Sequence record: DRR723986_647
DNA: 64,000 nucleotides
Strand: one strand, 5' to 3'
The notes beneath the pieces were generated by a model. The model saw nothing but the letters and a program-made list of their open reading frames with translations. It was not told the origin of the DNA and did no database searches. The stretch's first letter is position 1. Every line of letters starts with the position of its first letter. This document shows positions 19,865 to 30,092 of the stretch, in pieces. A program made the translations under genes and the position numbers.

Positions 19865-21544
19865 TTAAAGGCGCAGAACAACCCCTGCTGACAAGGCCAA
19901 CTGGTAGAATATTGTGATAATATCCTGCGCAAGCTGGAAGCTCTTGGTTTGAACGCGCGGCAGCACGAAAATTTCGTCGCCAGGATAGAGGGTAATACCT
20001 CTGCCTTTCAGCTGACGCTTGGATACTTTATCAAAGCTGCCATCCCGGTGCAAAATCAACACGTTTGAGGCACTACGGCTTTGGGTAAAGCCACCAGCCT
20101 GCTCGATATATTCTTCAATGGTACTGCCGTTTTGATATGCCATAGCGCTTGGGAACAAGACATCACCGTGCACCATCACCAAATTACTGGTTCTGGGAAT
20201 GCGGATAATATCGCCCTGCTCCAGCAGAATTTCATCAACCGAAGACGCACTGCCCAAGGACACTTGGCCTTTGGGCTCCACTTGGCGAGCACGTTCAACC
20301 CACTGCAAAATAAGCTCTGCTTCGCGCTGACGCAGCTCTGCCTCGGCCGAGGTTTTGGACCGCGCAGTAAGCACGCTTGCTTCCAGCGCCCGCAACTGAG
20401 CGTCTAGCGTTTCTTTCTGGCGTTCTTTCACACTGTTACGCAGCAATTGCACTGCATCGCGCTGGGCATTGGGCCCAAAGCGAACCTGCGACAACAGCTG
20501 CCCTAACGTAGCACCATAAGGCATGATAAATTCTTGTGCGCTATTGTGTTCGCCTTCTACCCGCACCGAAATTGTGCCCTGCAGCTTATCAGAAACAACT
20601 TCCAAAACGTCACCCGGATAAATTGTCTCTGCCCGAGCGGCATCAATTTCAATATATTCAACTTCGGTTTTTGTCCGGTTATTCCGGCTGATGCGCACAT
20701 GGGTGGCTTGCGGCCTAGGCCGCGCCAGGTCCAACAATTTGGCGACGGTGGTTTGCTGGTCAGCAAACTCAAAAGCATTCTGATTTTGTACATCACCCAG
20801 CACCGCCGCGCGTGACAGCACGGGTCGTACTACGATGGTGTCGCCGTCAGCAATCTGAAAGGATGGCAACGCCCCGGTCAGGATAAAGTCATACAGATTT
20901 ACTGACTGGTACTCGCGGCCACCGCGTAGCACTTTCACATCCAAAAATGAACCACGCTGCGGGTCAATACCGCCAGCAGCGTCAAGAAAAAACAATACCG
21001 AGTCAGATGAATGCCCGGCGAACAATCCGGCCTGATTAACAAAACCCGTGACAAACACTTTCACCGGTTCAGCCCCGCCAAGACTTGCGTAGACGCCCAC
21101 GTTTTTGCGGAAAACTGTTTTTACAGCGTCGGAAACCACAGCGTTCAAGTCCTGGTTTTTAACACTTTGAACCGCAACCGGGCCAACTTTTGGAATGAAG
21201 ATATTCCCTTGTGCATCTACGGTGACATCACCGGTGAACTCAAAACCACCCCACATTTGCAGTGATATTTTGTCCCCCACAGCAATTTCATAGCTGGGGT
21301 TAAACCCGATGAAGGACTGGTTGGCAAATTCCCCACCAAAAATTGACGCCCCAAAAGCAGCCCCTGCGGCAACCGTGGGGTTGGCTTCTGCGTTGCTGGT
21401 CTGGCCGTCTTGCGCTATGGGCACAACCTGACTATGCGATGGCACTGTTATCACCCCGGCAAGCGACACAATCATGGCGCTTTTTACCAAAGTCTCACAT
21501 GCATTTTTCACGGCCTTCACAGCCATGCGAAATACCTTAGACAT
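19865..21544 (-). CDS. kpsD: Capsule export OPX protein KpsD
   Basis: FGASIF, Y.IAVGD.I.LQMWG, VDAQGNIFIPKVGP (Poly_export) and SLBB repeats. Follows kpsMTE. Confidence 0.85.
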   Translation of the reverse strand: MSKVFRMAVKAVKNACETLVKSAMIVSLAGVITVPSHSQVVPIAQDGQTSNAEANPTVAAGAAFGASIFGGEFANQSFIGFNPSYEIAVGDKISLQMWGGFEFTGDVTVDAQGNIFIPKVGPVAVQSVKNQDLNAVVSDAVKTVFRKNVGVYASLGGAEPVKVFVTGFVNQAGLFAGHSSDSVLFFLDAAGGIDPQRGSFLDVKVLRGGREYQSVNLYDFILTGALPSFQIADGDTIVVRPVLSRAAVLGDVQNQNAFEFADQQTTVAKLLDLARPRPQATHVRISRNNRTKTEVEYIEIDAARAETIYPGDVLEVVSDKLQGTISVRVEGEHNSAQEFIMPYGATLGQLLSQVRFGPNAQRDAVQLLRNSVKERQKETLDAQLRALEASVLTARSKTSAEAELRQREAELILQWVERARQVEPKGQVSLGSASSVDEILLEQGDIIRIPRTSNLVMVHGDVLFPSAMAYQNGSTIEEYIEQAGGFTQSRSASNVLILHRDGSFDKVSKRQLKGRGITLYPGDEIFVLPRVQTKSFQLAQDIITIFYQLALSAGVVLRL

Positions 21545-22709
21545 CTCTATGCTCCCGGATTGTAGCAATAACCATCGCGGTGATTCCAAATATTAGGTTG
21601 AGAATAACAAAAAGCGTTATGAGATTATACAATTTACGCGGCAACACAGCGGCATCAGGTGTTTGCGGTGATTGAACGATAACCAAATGCTTTAATTTTC
21701 GGTAGCTTTCCACGCGCGCCTGTTCAAGCGTTTGCAACGTGCCTGTGTATATGTCAGTGGCGAATTCCAGAGAAAAGCGCAGTTCAGCAAAGCGTGCATT
21801 TACCTGATTGAGCGAGTCGGTTCCCTGCCCCGCAAATTTGTCGCGTTCCTGCTCAAGCTGGTCGCGAATGCCTTTGATGCGGTCGCGTACAGCCACCAAC
21901 TCAGCAGCATCACCTTGCAGGTAACTGGTCAGCACTTTTTCCTCGGCTTCAAGACGCACCAATTCACCTTCCATGGTGTTGACAACAGCCTGCACCGCTG
22001 CGCCCGTTGCAACCGGGTCCAAAAGCTCGTTCTCAGTCTGAAAGGCAAGAACGGCGTTGCGCGCTTCATCTACCGCGCCGCGTGCTCGTTCTAATTCTTG
22101 CTCAACAAAGGCAATTTCCTGCAAAGCAATTTTCTGGCTAACGCTGTTGATATAAGCCTCTGCCTGCTCCAGCACAGTAGCAGCTATGGCTTGAGAAAAT
22201 TCGCGCGTAAAGCCCTGACTTCTGATGGTGAGGATGTTTGATTCCGCCTCAATCGCGATCGACAGATGCTCGCGGTAAAAACCGAGGAACCCCTCATCCG
22301 GGGCACCAGCTGACATACGAGAAAAATAATCCCACTGGCTGTCACTATAATGAGCCCGCAGGTCCAACTTGGCATCCAATGCGGCCAGCATATCTGCGGA
22401 ATGAATATAACTTTGCAACAAAAGCGCATCCTGAGACGCGCCGCCAAGGCCGCCAGGCACCAAAGGTATAGTTGGCATAACGGCGACAGTTTCGTTAGTG
22501 GACTTCACATAAACACTGGTAATCGTGACATAGCGGTCCGATACCCAAAACAGGTTGTAGAAAACAAAGGCGGCAAATATGACCAACACCCATCGATAGC
22601 TGATGAGGCGAGCGCGTGTACCTACAGACACACTGTACGTCCCTTTCGCCCCTTTGCCTGGCATTCGGTCGGCGACCGCAGCCCTGAATTTCGTCAATGT
22701 TTGTTTCAT
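21537..22709 (-). CDS. kpsE: Capsule export inner-membrane PCP-3 protein KpsE
   Basis: Two TMs flanking a coiled coil; SDRYV, YIHSADML..LD, P..PD...PRK. Confidence 0.85.
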   Translation of the reverse strand: MKQTLTKFRAAVADRMPGKGAKGTYSVSVGTRARLISYRWVLVIFAAFVFYNLFWVSDRYVTITSVYVKSTNETVAVMPTIPLVPGGLGGASQDALLLQSYIHSADMLAALDAKLDLRAHYSDSQWDYFSRMSAGAPDEGFLGFYREHLSIAIEAESNILTIRSQGFTREFSQAIAATVLEQAEAYINSVSQKIALQEIAFVEQELERARGAVDEARNAVLAFQTENELLDPVATGAAVQAVVNTMEGELVRLEAEEKVLTSYLQGDAAELVAVRDRIKGIRDQLEQERDKFAGQGTDSLNQVNARFAELRFSLEFATDIYTGTLQTLEQARVESYRKLKHLVIVQSPQTPDAAVLPRKLYNLITLFVILNLIFGITAMVIATIREHRDV

Positions 22710-22733
22710 AAAACCCCGTCACACGTCCGCTAT

Positions 22734-23384
22734 CTATAGGCTTTTATAGCGGAAAATCGCTTGATCCACACTTTCGTAGAAGTCCGCTCGGCCATATGCA
22801 AGCAAAATAGCGGCATTACACTGTCTTCGAATCAAGGCCATATTGTGCGAAACCAGAATAATGTTGGCATTTTCTCGCTTGTTGCTGATGGCATTTTCAC
22901 ATTTCTTTTTGAAACCGGCATCGCCAACAGACATAATTTCGTCCATCAGGTAGGTATCAAAATCAAACCCCATTGAGACAGCAAATGAATATTTTGATTT
23001 CATGCCTGATGAATAGCTGCGCACGGGCAGTTCAAAATTGTCGCCCAGCTCGGAAAACTCTTTGACATATTCTTCTGTTTCACGGTTTGCTCTCACACCG
23101 TGGATGCGGCATATGAAACGCACATTCTCGCGCCCGGTTAGCGAAGACTGCAACCCACTGGAAAGGGCGAGGGGCCACGATATAAAGCGGTCAGACACAA
23201 TCTTGCCCTCTGAAGGGAAATCAATGCCGCCAACCAGCCGCAGCAGAGTGGATTTACCTGCCCCGTTGGTGCCTAAAATAGCAACATCACGGTCATCAGG
23301 TATTTCAAGGTTTAGGTTTTTCAGCACATAACGCGGCCCAAAGCGGGTTGGGAAATATTTGCTGACGTTAGAGAATTTGATCAT
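22734..23384 (-). CDS. kpsT: Capsule ABC transporter ATPase
   Basis: GTNGAGKS, ISWPLA, LTGREN, YSSGM, YLMDE..SVGDAGFKKK. Confidence 0.93.
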   Translation of the reverse strand: MIKFSNVSKYFPTRFGPRYVLKNLNLEIPDDRDVAILGTNGAGKSTLLRLVGGIDFPSEGKIVSDRFISWPLALSSGLQSSLTGRENVRFICRIHGVRANRETEEYVKEFSELGDNFELPVRSYSSGMKSKYSFAVSMGFDFDTYLMDEIMSVGDAGFKKKCENAISNKRENANIILVSHNMALIRRQCNAAILLAYGRADFYESVDQAIFRYKSL

Positions 23385-24163
23385 TTCGCCACAATCCTGC
23401 GCCAAGTAAGTCTGTATGACGACATGGCAAATGCCAGCATAATAACCATAGCAGAAACCAAATAATTAAAGTCCGCAACCGGGCTGATATAATTCTCAAA
23501 CCAAGCTTCCCGGATCAATTCCATTGCGTGCAATATGGGGTTCCAGGTCAGATACACCCAATATTGTTTGGGAACGATGCTCATAGGGAAAAACACCGCC
23601 GACATAAACATAATTGGCATTGTCATCATGGAAACCAGCTTTTCAATCTCACGGGCAATGCTGCCCACCATGCACGCGAGCATGCCAAAAGACGCAGCCA
23701 TCAACCACAGGGTTATGCAATAGCCAAGCGTGAGAAGTAAGTCTCTTGGCCAAGGGTCATAGTCTAACCACATCATGCCAAGGCCCAGAATAAGCCCCAC
23801 AACAATGAACAGGCCACCTTCAATGAAGGTACGTGCCATGAAAACATCAAACAACCTGACTTGACGGTATTCAAGCAGCCCCTTTGCCCCACCGCGCGCG
23901 CTAACACATTGGCGCATGGTCGCGGTCCAAAGAATACGGAAAGGCAAAAAAGCCGCGAAAATAAACACTGGCGCCTCAACGAAACCGTAGGCCCCGCGGC
24001 CCCTGGCGCCAAAGATCAACATGAATAAAATCATCATCAACAGCGGCTCAAGCACCACCCATATGTTGCCGAGCGTGTAGCTGGAGAATCGGGAAATCAT
24101 TTCGCGAACAAAAATCGCAAAAACCACATCTCGTTGTATCGAAAATGCCGACCGAGCTTTCAT
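23381..24163 (-). CDS. kpsM: Capsule ABC transporter permease
   Basis: VVFAIFVREM..RF, LG.IW.VLEP, WNPILHAMELIR (ABC-2 type). Confidence 0.92.
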   Translation of the reverse strand: MKARSAFSIQRDVVFAIFVREMISRFSSYTLGNIWVVLEPLLMMILFMLIFGARGRGAYGFVEAPVFIFAAFLPFRILWTATMRQCVSARGGAKGLLEYRQVRLFDVFMARTFIEGGLFIVVGLILGLGMMWLDYDPWPRDLLLTLGYCITLWLMAASFGMLACMVGSIAREIEKLVSMMTMPIMFMSAVFFPMSIVPKQYWVYLTWNPILHAMELIREAWFENYISPVADFNYLVSAMVIMLAFAMSSYRLTWRRIVAK

Positions 24164-24276
24164 GACAGCAAAACGCCCTCAAAACTATGAGGGCGAATAT
24201 TTAGCAATTGTTTGATTAAACAGCAAGTTACGATGTTAAGAGCCCTTCATTGAACCGGTGTCAAATTAGCACCGGG

Positions 24277-25332
24277 CTAGACTTCATCGTGCTTGTAAAC
24301 ACCGGCGAATGTACCGTCTTTTTCTACCGCAACCAAGAACTTAACTTCGTCTGAGCGCATCATGGTTTCTGCTTCATCCACAATGACATCACGTTGAATT
24401 ACAGAGAAATCCTTGCTCATACATTGTTGCGCTGTCACTTCGCGCACGCGGCGCGTAACCCTGAGCGCAACGCCAAGCTGGCCTTTGGTCACAATGCCTA
24501 TGGGCTTGTTCGCCGTATCAACCACCACAGCAATACCCGCTGGGCCACCAGCCATTTCAGCGGCCAGTTCCAACAGCACCATACCCGGAGCAACCACCGG
24601 CACAGATGCTGTGTGCATTAGATCTTCCACTTTCATCAATAACCTGCGCCCGAGGGAGCCACCCGGATGATAGCGAGCAAAGTCCTGCGCGTGGAAATTG
24701 CGCAATGTCATTAATGAAATAGCAAGCGCATCACCAATGGCAATTGTTTGAACAATCGATGTGGTTGGTGCCAGATTAATCGGGCAAACTTCTTCAGCCA
24801 CCGGAATTTCAAGCACGACATCAGCAGCGCGGCCAATGGTGGATGATTTAGCACCAGTAATGGCGATGATCCGATTGCCAAAAGTTTTAAGCGACGGCAC
24901 CAATTGAACAATTTCCTGCGTTTCACCGGAATAAGAGATCAACAACAACGTATCTCCTTCGGTCACCATGCCCAAGTCGCCGTGAGACGCTTCCGCAGGG
25001 TGTAGGAAAAAACTGGGTGTACCGGTTGATGCCATGGTCGCAGAAATTTTACGCGCCACATGGCCCGACTTGCCCATGCCAATAACAATTAAATGCCCGG
25101 TGGTCTGCATTGCCAGCATAATTGCCTGACGATAGCATTCCTGGTCATATGTTTGTGAAAGGCGCTCTAGCGCCTGACCCTGCTTGAGGAAACTCTGCCC
25201 AATATCGGTAAGTGTTTCACTAAGATCCGCCTTCAGGCTGCTCGGCAGTTCCAGAACATTTTCCGGTGCTCCGCCTTCATCCGTAGAGCCTTTCATAAAA
25301 TTCCCCGATAGTTTGTCTTCTATTTTACCCAT
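24277..25332 (-). CDS. kpsF: Arabinose-5-phosphate isomerase (KpsF/KdsD; SIS + CBS domains)
   Basis: GMGKSGHVARK, STGTPSFFLHPAEASHGDLG, LAPTTS, FARYHPGGSLGRRL. Confidence 0.92.
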   Translation of the reverse strand: MGKIEDKLSGNFMKGSTDEGGAPENVLELPSSLKADLSETLTDIGQSFLKQGQALERLSQTYDQECYRQAIMLAMQTTGHLIVIGMGKSGHVARKISATMASTGTPSFFLHPAEASHGDLGMVTEGDTLLLISYSGETQEIVQLVPSLKTFGNRIIAITGAKSSTIGRAADVVLEIPVAEEVCPINLAPTTSIVQTIAIGDALAISLMTLRNFHAQDFARYHPGGSLGRRLLMKVEDLMHTASVPVVAPGMVLLELAAEMAGGPAGIAVVVDTANKPIGIVTKGQLGVALRVTRRVREVTAQQCMSKDFSVIQRDVIVDEAETMMRSDEVKFLVAVEKDGTFAGVYKHDEV

Positions 25333-25846
25333 TCATCAGCATAAGGTTCTGATTACCAACACCAAATGCTAAATCCCCAATTTTAAATAGCCTGACCCCA
25401 AAAAATTTTCGGCACGCTATCATAGCCGTCACACTTTCTCAACTAAACTGTAATAATTGAGACAATTACTCTCAATCACAGGCCGCTGATAATGCGTATT
25501 TCGTTATCCACCTTGCACCCTGAACACTAGATGAATAGTGACTTGTCACCCTGTCTTTCTGTCATTCCGCACTGGCTCGTAATATAAATACGCTCTTAGT
25601 GCTACGAATATTCCATCGCTGTCCTTCGCCGACATAAGAAAAACCAACAAAGTCTAGCTTGCCCATGAATAACCTTCCACAGTCGGGTAAGCTTCAGTAT
25701 AAGTCTTTGAAGCCTATGTCAAATTTAAGGCAGGTTTGTCAAACTCCTGCCATAGTCGCAAATTTGTCACATAATAAGACAGTTTAATGCACCGATTAGA
25801 AATACCGGGGATGAAAAACGACTTTTTACACTATGCAAACAATAGA

Positions 25847-27052
25847 TCAGGCAATGATCTGAAGAATCTTTCGGGCACACCCCTTTGCCGCCACATGTCT
25901 GTCTCTGTAATAGGACCCCGGCACCTGTGTTTCGGCAACCAAATGACGGCGAAATTTCGTCACTGCTGCACCATCAACCGCACCTGGTGTTGTCCAGAAA
26001 GCGTCAAGGTTTGTTGCCGGGGCAATACCCGCTGCATGAGCCATGCTTTTGCCCATCATAATAGCAGGAACCCCCAGTTCCAATGCCTGGAACCCCACAG
26101 TGGAATTCACTGTAACACAGCCTGCAGCGTGCTTGAGCACAGCTTCAAGGTCCAAATCAAAGGCATAGGTTACCCTGTCTGTGCACCCCTGCTTGCGGCA
26201 CAAAGCCCGTATATAACCACCATAATGCTGAAAGCCTCGGTCCATCGGGTGGTGTTTAATAACCAAATGGGCGTTTTTCGGCGCATGAGCAGCAAAAGAC
26301 CGGATGGTTTCTTCAATAAACTGACGCACATTCTCATAGTTGGAATGGCAGATAATCTGCATATCTGCCGCCACCTGCAACGGTACAAGAAACATTCTGC
26401 CGCTATGCTGTGCAATCAAGCGATCTAGCAACTTGGCCTCTCGCCAGCGGGTAATAAACTGCTTGCGCATAAACCCGCGCAACCATGCCAGCATCTCCAA
26501 CACGCCGTTACCTTTACGGTGGTGCTGGTAATGCCGAAAGCCAGTCAGCCGCCAGTCTTTCACAACATAATAGAGAAAAGCGAACCAGAACTGGAAGCGA
26601 AAATGGTTGGCAATCTGCGCAGGCTGGGACGTTTCAGCACCGCTGACTTGTCCGGCCTTAAATTTCTCGGGAAAGGGGCTGTTCGCGTTGTTGCCGTCTT
26701 GCTCCAATGTTACAAAACCGGGCCGTACATATCCCTCCTCTAGCGCAATAAAAGGTATCCCTTTTTCATCGCACACGGCTTTTGCCTGCATGTGATACGA
26801 ACGACAATCGCCGTAACAACACACGGCATTCACCTTGTGGCCACGCAAATAGTCTCCAAACCATGCGGGCCAATGGTGTAAGGGCTGAACAAAATCAACC
26901 ACATGGTCCGCTTGGGCAAAATGATGATCACCTCGGTTGAAACATATACGGTGCACCACGGCCCCGTGCTCATTTAAGGCATCAGACAAGTCTGTAAAAA
27001 AAGGTCCAAGTGGCCCTTGCAGCAGTAAAATTGTTGGTTGGTTTGTTGTCAC
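25847..27052 (-). CDS. kpsS: Capsule Kdo-linker transferase KpsS
   Basis: LLLQGPLGPFF, EEGYVRP, LVPLQV..D.QI, KHHPMDRG, TVNSTVG. Start placed at GTG 27052. Confidence 0.9.
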   Translation of the reverse strand: MTTNQPTILLLQGPLGPFFTDLSDALNEHGAVVHRICFNRGDHHFAQADHVVDFVQPLHHWPAWFGDYLRGHKVNAVCCYGDCRSYHMQAKAVCDEKGIPFIALEEGYVRPGFVTLEQDGNNANSPFPEKFKAGQVSGAETSQPAQIANHFRFQFWFAFLYYVVKDWRLTGFRHYQHHRKGNGVLEMLAWLRGFMRKQFITRWREAKLLDRLIAQHSGRMFLVPLQVAADMQIICHSNYENVRQFIEETIRSFAAHAPKNAHLVIKHHPMDRGFQHYGGYIRALCRKQGCTDRVTYAFDLDLEAVLKHAAGCVTVNSTVGFQALELGVPAIMMGKSMAHAAGIAPATNLDAFWTTPGAVDGAAVTKFRRHLVAETQVPGSYYRDRHVAAKGCARKILQIIA

Positions 27053-27156
27053 ACCGCAGGTGCCCGCCTGGAGATTTGCCCAAAGCCCGAATACCGAGCT
27101 TGCTTCCAAACATGCTAGCCCGCAAAACGAATATCGCAAGCCCAAACCGGTTTTTC

Positions 27157-27810
27157 CTACTGCGGTTTAGGGTTTCGCATATTAAATGCAGGGCCGCCTT
27201 TAACCGCACGGTGATAGATAATATCAAAAAATTTTGTTTTTGGCCCTGTCTCCGACTCGCGTTGTTGCTCGCCCCAGTTATGGATGGTGCCGTCATCTTG
27301 TGGGTCCCAGTACAACAGGGTGCGCACCTTCACCATGCCATCGTCTTTTGACGGCACTTTAATCCAATCTGACTTAAGCGTCATAACCCCCTTTTCATCC
27401 AACCCGCCAGTTAACAGCAAATTGCCGCCAGAATTGTCAGCCCAAAGTTGTCGCCAATGGCCCGTAGCATCCACCCCCGTTAAGCTGGTGCCGCGCAGCC
27501 GAACAGGCGCATCAGGGCTTGTGAATAAATCATCCATCTGATGCCACTCCTGCAGCATCACGCAACCATTGTGGATCATCTCAATTTTGTCGTAGCCGCG
27601 CAATTCGCCGCTGTCGGCGGCCACCACCTGCCATTCGCCTACCCAGAAGTCAAAGTCCTCGTATGTGGTGTTGGATTCAACAAACGTAAATTTACCGGCG
27701 CAGGCATCATACGACGCGTCTGTAGGCGCTGCATTGGCGTACAGATGGCCAGATAAAAGGGCTGAAGCCAAAAGGCTAGTCACTGTCGTGGATATAATAG
27801 TTTTTTTCAT
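27157..27810 (-). CDS. Exported hypothetical protein (FDFWVGEW beta-barrel family)
   Basis: Signal peptide MKKTIIS...LYANA with GAGG SD; FDFWVGEW.V and WRQLWADN motifs. Confidence 0.7.
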   Translation of the reverse strand: MKKTIISTTVTSLLASALLSGHLYANAAPTDASYDACAGKFTFVESNTTYEDFDFWVGEWQVVAADSGELRGYDKIEMIHNGCVMLQEWHQMDDLFTSPDAPVRLRGTSLTGVDATGHWRQLWADNSGGNLLLTGGLDEKGVMTLKSDWIKVPSKDDGMVKVRTLLYWDPQDDGTIHNWGEQQRESETGPKTKFFDIIYHRAVKGGPAFNMRNPKPQ

Positions 27811-27986
27811 GGAAACCTCTGTTGTTGTGTCATTTAACACCGACATTTGAAACGCGCCGATCAGATAACAACAGAAGGAGGACGAAAAATTGTGACCAAC
27901 CTTGTCAAAAACGGGATAAAATAACCGGCTTGCAAAGGCCACGCTCATCAACCCGCCTTCAGCCGAAGCCCTTTTATATCAAAGGT

Positions 27987-28700
27987 TTATTTCTCCAAAA
28001 GACTCGCTTGCACAGCCGCCCGGTAGTTTGCACCCACTGGCACTTGTCGGTCACCCTCAAGCCGAAGCTGGCTCAACACGCCGTTTTTGCGCACCAGTGT
28101 TTTCACATGGCTTTTCTTCACGATGTAAGAGCGATGACAGCGCAAGTAACCAAGTGGTTCCATGTCTTTTTCAATTTCCGAGATGGTGGCCCGGTGTAAA
28201 AACTCCCGGTCTTCGCAAACAAGAGCCACATAATTGCGCTCGGACTTGCCGAAAATCACGTCTTCCATATTCACGATGTCTGTTCGGCCAAATGACTTGA
28301 TGACAAAACGCGGCACAACGCTTGCCACTTCAGGGCTGGCGCATTTTTCTTCAATCCGGCTGCATGCATCCGCAAGCACACTGCGCGACAAAGGCTTAAC
28401 AATATAATCCACTGCAGAAAGGCGAAAGGCTTCTGCCGCATGCTGCGGATAGGCGGTTGAAAAGATAATATGCATATCCGGATAACGCTGTTTAACTTCA
28501 GCGGCAAATGTCATGCCGTCACAGCCGGGCATTTCAATGTCCAAAAACAGTACATCAATTCGGTCCACGCTTAGTTGCTCGCGTGCATCGTCAACTGATG
28601 TAACCGCTTGTGCATGCCAGCACGGTCGCGCATTCAATTGGTGGGCAATATCTGCGGCAATAATCGCCTCATCATCTAAAACCAGGGCGTGTATGGTCAT
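27987..28700 (-). CDS. LytTR-family response regulator
   Basis: LVLDDE, FLDIEMP, TAY..HA.EAF, DYIVKP, RCHRSYIV. Confidence 0.93.
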   Translation of the reverse strand: MTIHALVLDDEAIIAADIAHQLNARPCWHAQAVTSVDDAREQLSVDRIDVLFLDIEMPGCDGMTFAAEVKQRYPDMHIIFSTAYPQHAAEAFRLSAVDYIVKPLSRSVLADACSRIEEKCASPEVASVVPRFVIKSFGRTDIVNMEDVIFGKSERNYVALVCEDREFLHRATISEIEKDMEPLGYLRCHRSYIVKKSHVKTLVRKNGVLSQLRLEGDRQVPVGANYRAAVQASLLEK

Positions 28701-29884
28701 TGCCTGCCTCCTTTAAAGGCCGTCGGCGCTTTCGGTGCTTCAATGGCTGGAGCCGTAACAACCACCTCATACCAGGCCTTGGCTTTTTGGCGTTCTACAG
28801 CACATTCTTGTCCAAAAATATTCTCAAGCCTTAGCTTGGTTAATTGCAGGCCTTCGCCTTCGCTAACAGTGTCTGCTGCATTGGCCTCACAATTGTTACA
28901 CACTGAAATACAGAGCTTTCCGTCAACGATAGCTGCTTTTAGTCGAATGATAACGCGCTGCGCATTTGGGCCGTGTTTAAAGATATTTTCCAGCAATGGC
29001 TGCAAAAATTGTCGGGGTAAACTTTGACCCTCAGCAGCAGGGGAAATGTCATACTCAACCTGCAGGTCCGGGTAGCGAATTTGCTGAAAAGCCAAGTATT
29101 TCTGAGCGTCTGCAACACATTCTGCCACACTGACACATTCCTCTCCGGCCCCAGAAACTGTGCCAGACTCTGTCGTTGCATTGGGGCCACCGCCCATCAT
29201 GCTACGCAGGATATCACTTAATAAAATAGTGGCTTCTTCTGCTTGGTCCACCCGACCCAAACGCATAAGCCCTACCAGATTGCTCAACGCATTCATTACA
29301 AAATGGCTGCCAAGCCGACCGCGCAAAAACTCGGCTTCGCGCGCACTCAAGTCTGCCTTTTGCTCTGCAAGTTGGCGCTCAAGCTTTATCGCGGTTCGGT
29401 CTGCCGCTCGGGCGCGGCGCTGGGTACCCACCAAATAGCCGGCCAGTGCAATAATGACGAACAGCAGCATGTCCCCAATCCAACTGCCTAAACTCAAGCC
29501 CTCCAGACCGGAAAACAGCTCTCCGCCCCACACCAACGAAGCGAACAGGCCTACATATAAATATATACCGGCAAAAGAGACCACGAACACCAACACCAGC
29601 ATAAGGCTGCGTTTGCCAAACCCTGCATCCAGAAACTGGTCAGAACCGAAAAACCGAAACACCATTGGCGACAGCAACAGCCACTGACCCAAGCCTGCTG
29701 CGAAGTCTTTTATAATATCCAGTTCGGAATAGTCCCTGCCCGAGCGCGAGGCATCAACAATAGCCGCCGTGACATAAATGGTTACAAGTGCCAGCCAAAA
29801 CAGCAAAGTACCCCGCACAAGTGACCCATAGCGTTTCCGAAATGTTGCTTTGTCTGTATCTGGCGTCATATTCGTTGGTTTCAT
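28697..29884 (-). CDS. LytS/YehU-type membrane sensor histidine kinase
   Basis: About 4 TMs, LGSHFVMNAL (H-box), LQPLLENIFKHG (N-box), GEGL. Confidence 0.88.
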   Translation of the reverse strand: MKPTNMTPDTDKATFRKRYGSLVRGTLLFWLALVTIYVTAAIVDASRSGRDYSELDIIKDFAAGLGQWLLLSPMVFRFFGSDQFLDAGFGKRSLMLVLVFVVSFAGIYLYVGLFASLVWGGELFSGLEGLSLGSWIGDMLLFVIIALAGYLVGTQRRARAADRTAIKLERQLAEQKADLSAREAEFLRGRLGSHFVMNALSNLVGLMRLGRVDQAEEATILLSDILRSMMGGGPNATTESGTVSGAGEECVSVAECVADAQKYLAFQQIRYPDLQVEYDISPAAEGQSLPRQFLQPLLENIFKHGPNAQRVIIRLKAAIVDGKLCISVCNNCEANAADTVSEGEGLQLTKLRLENIFGQECAVERQKAKAWYEVVVTAPAIEAPKAPTAFKGGRQ

Positions 29885-30092
29885 TGCCCTGTAGGTTCCG
29901 GTGATATCCCTGCATATGGTGCGTTGGGCGCGCGCTGCTCATCATAGGTTAGATGCCCTAACCCGCGTTGCCGGTTGTGATAAACCTTTGAGGGACAGAG
30001 CACAATAAACCAAGGACCAATTGCGGGCTACCCGCGACAAGCTGCGCATTAATGGCACCCGGCGGCGATTTCACCCCACTGCAAAAGGTGAA

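Noticed and set aside
25456-25476. Palindrome as a Fur box
   Set aside because: The spacer between TTGAGA and TCTCAA is 7 nt rather than the 5 expected for a 7-1-7 Fur box; kept only as an unassigned inverted repeat
25787-26428. 213-aa plus-strand ORF
   Set aside because: Antisense to the well-supported kpsS; no recognisable motifs
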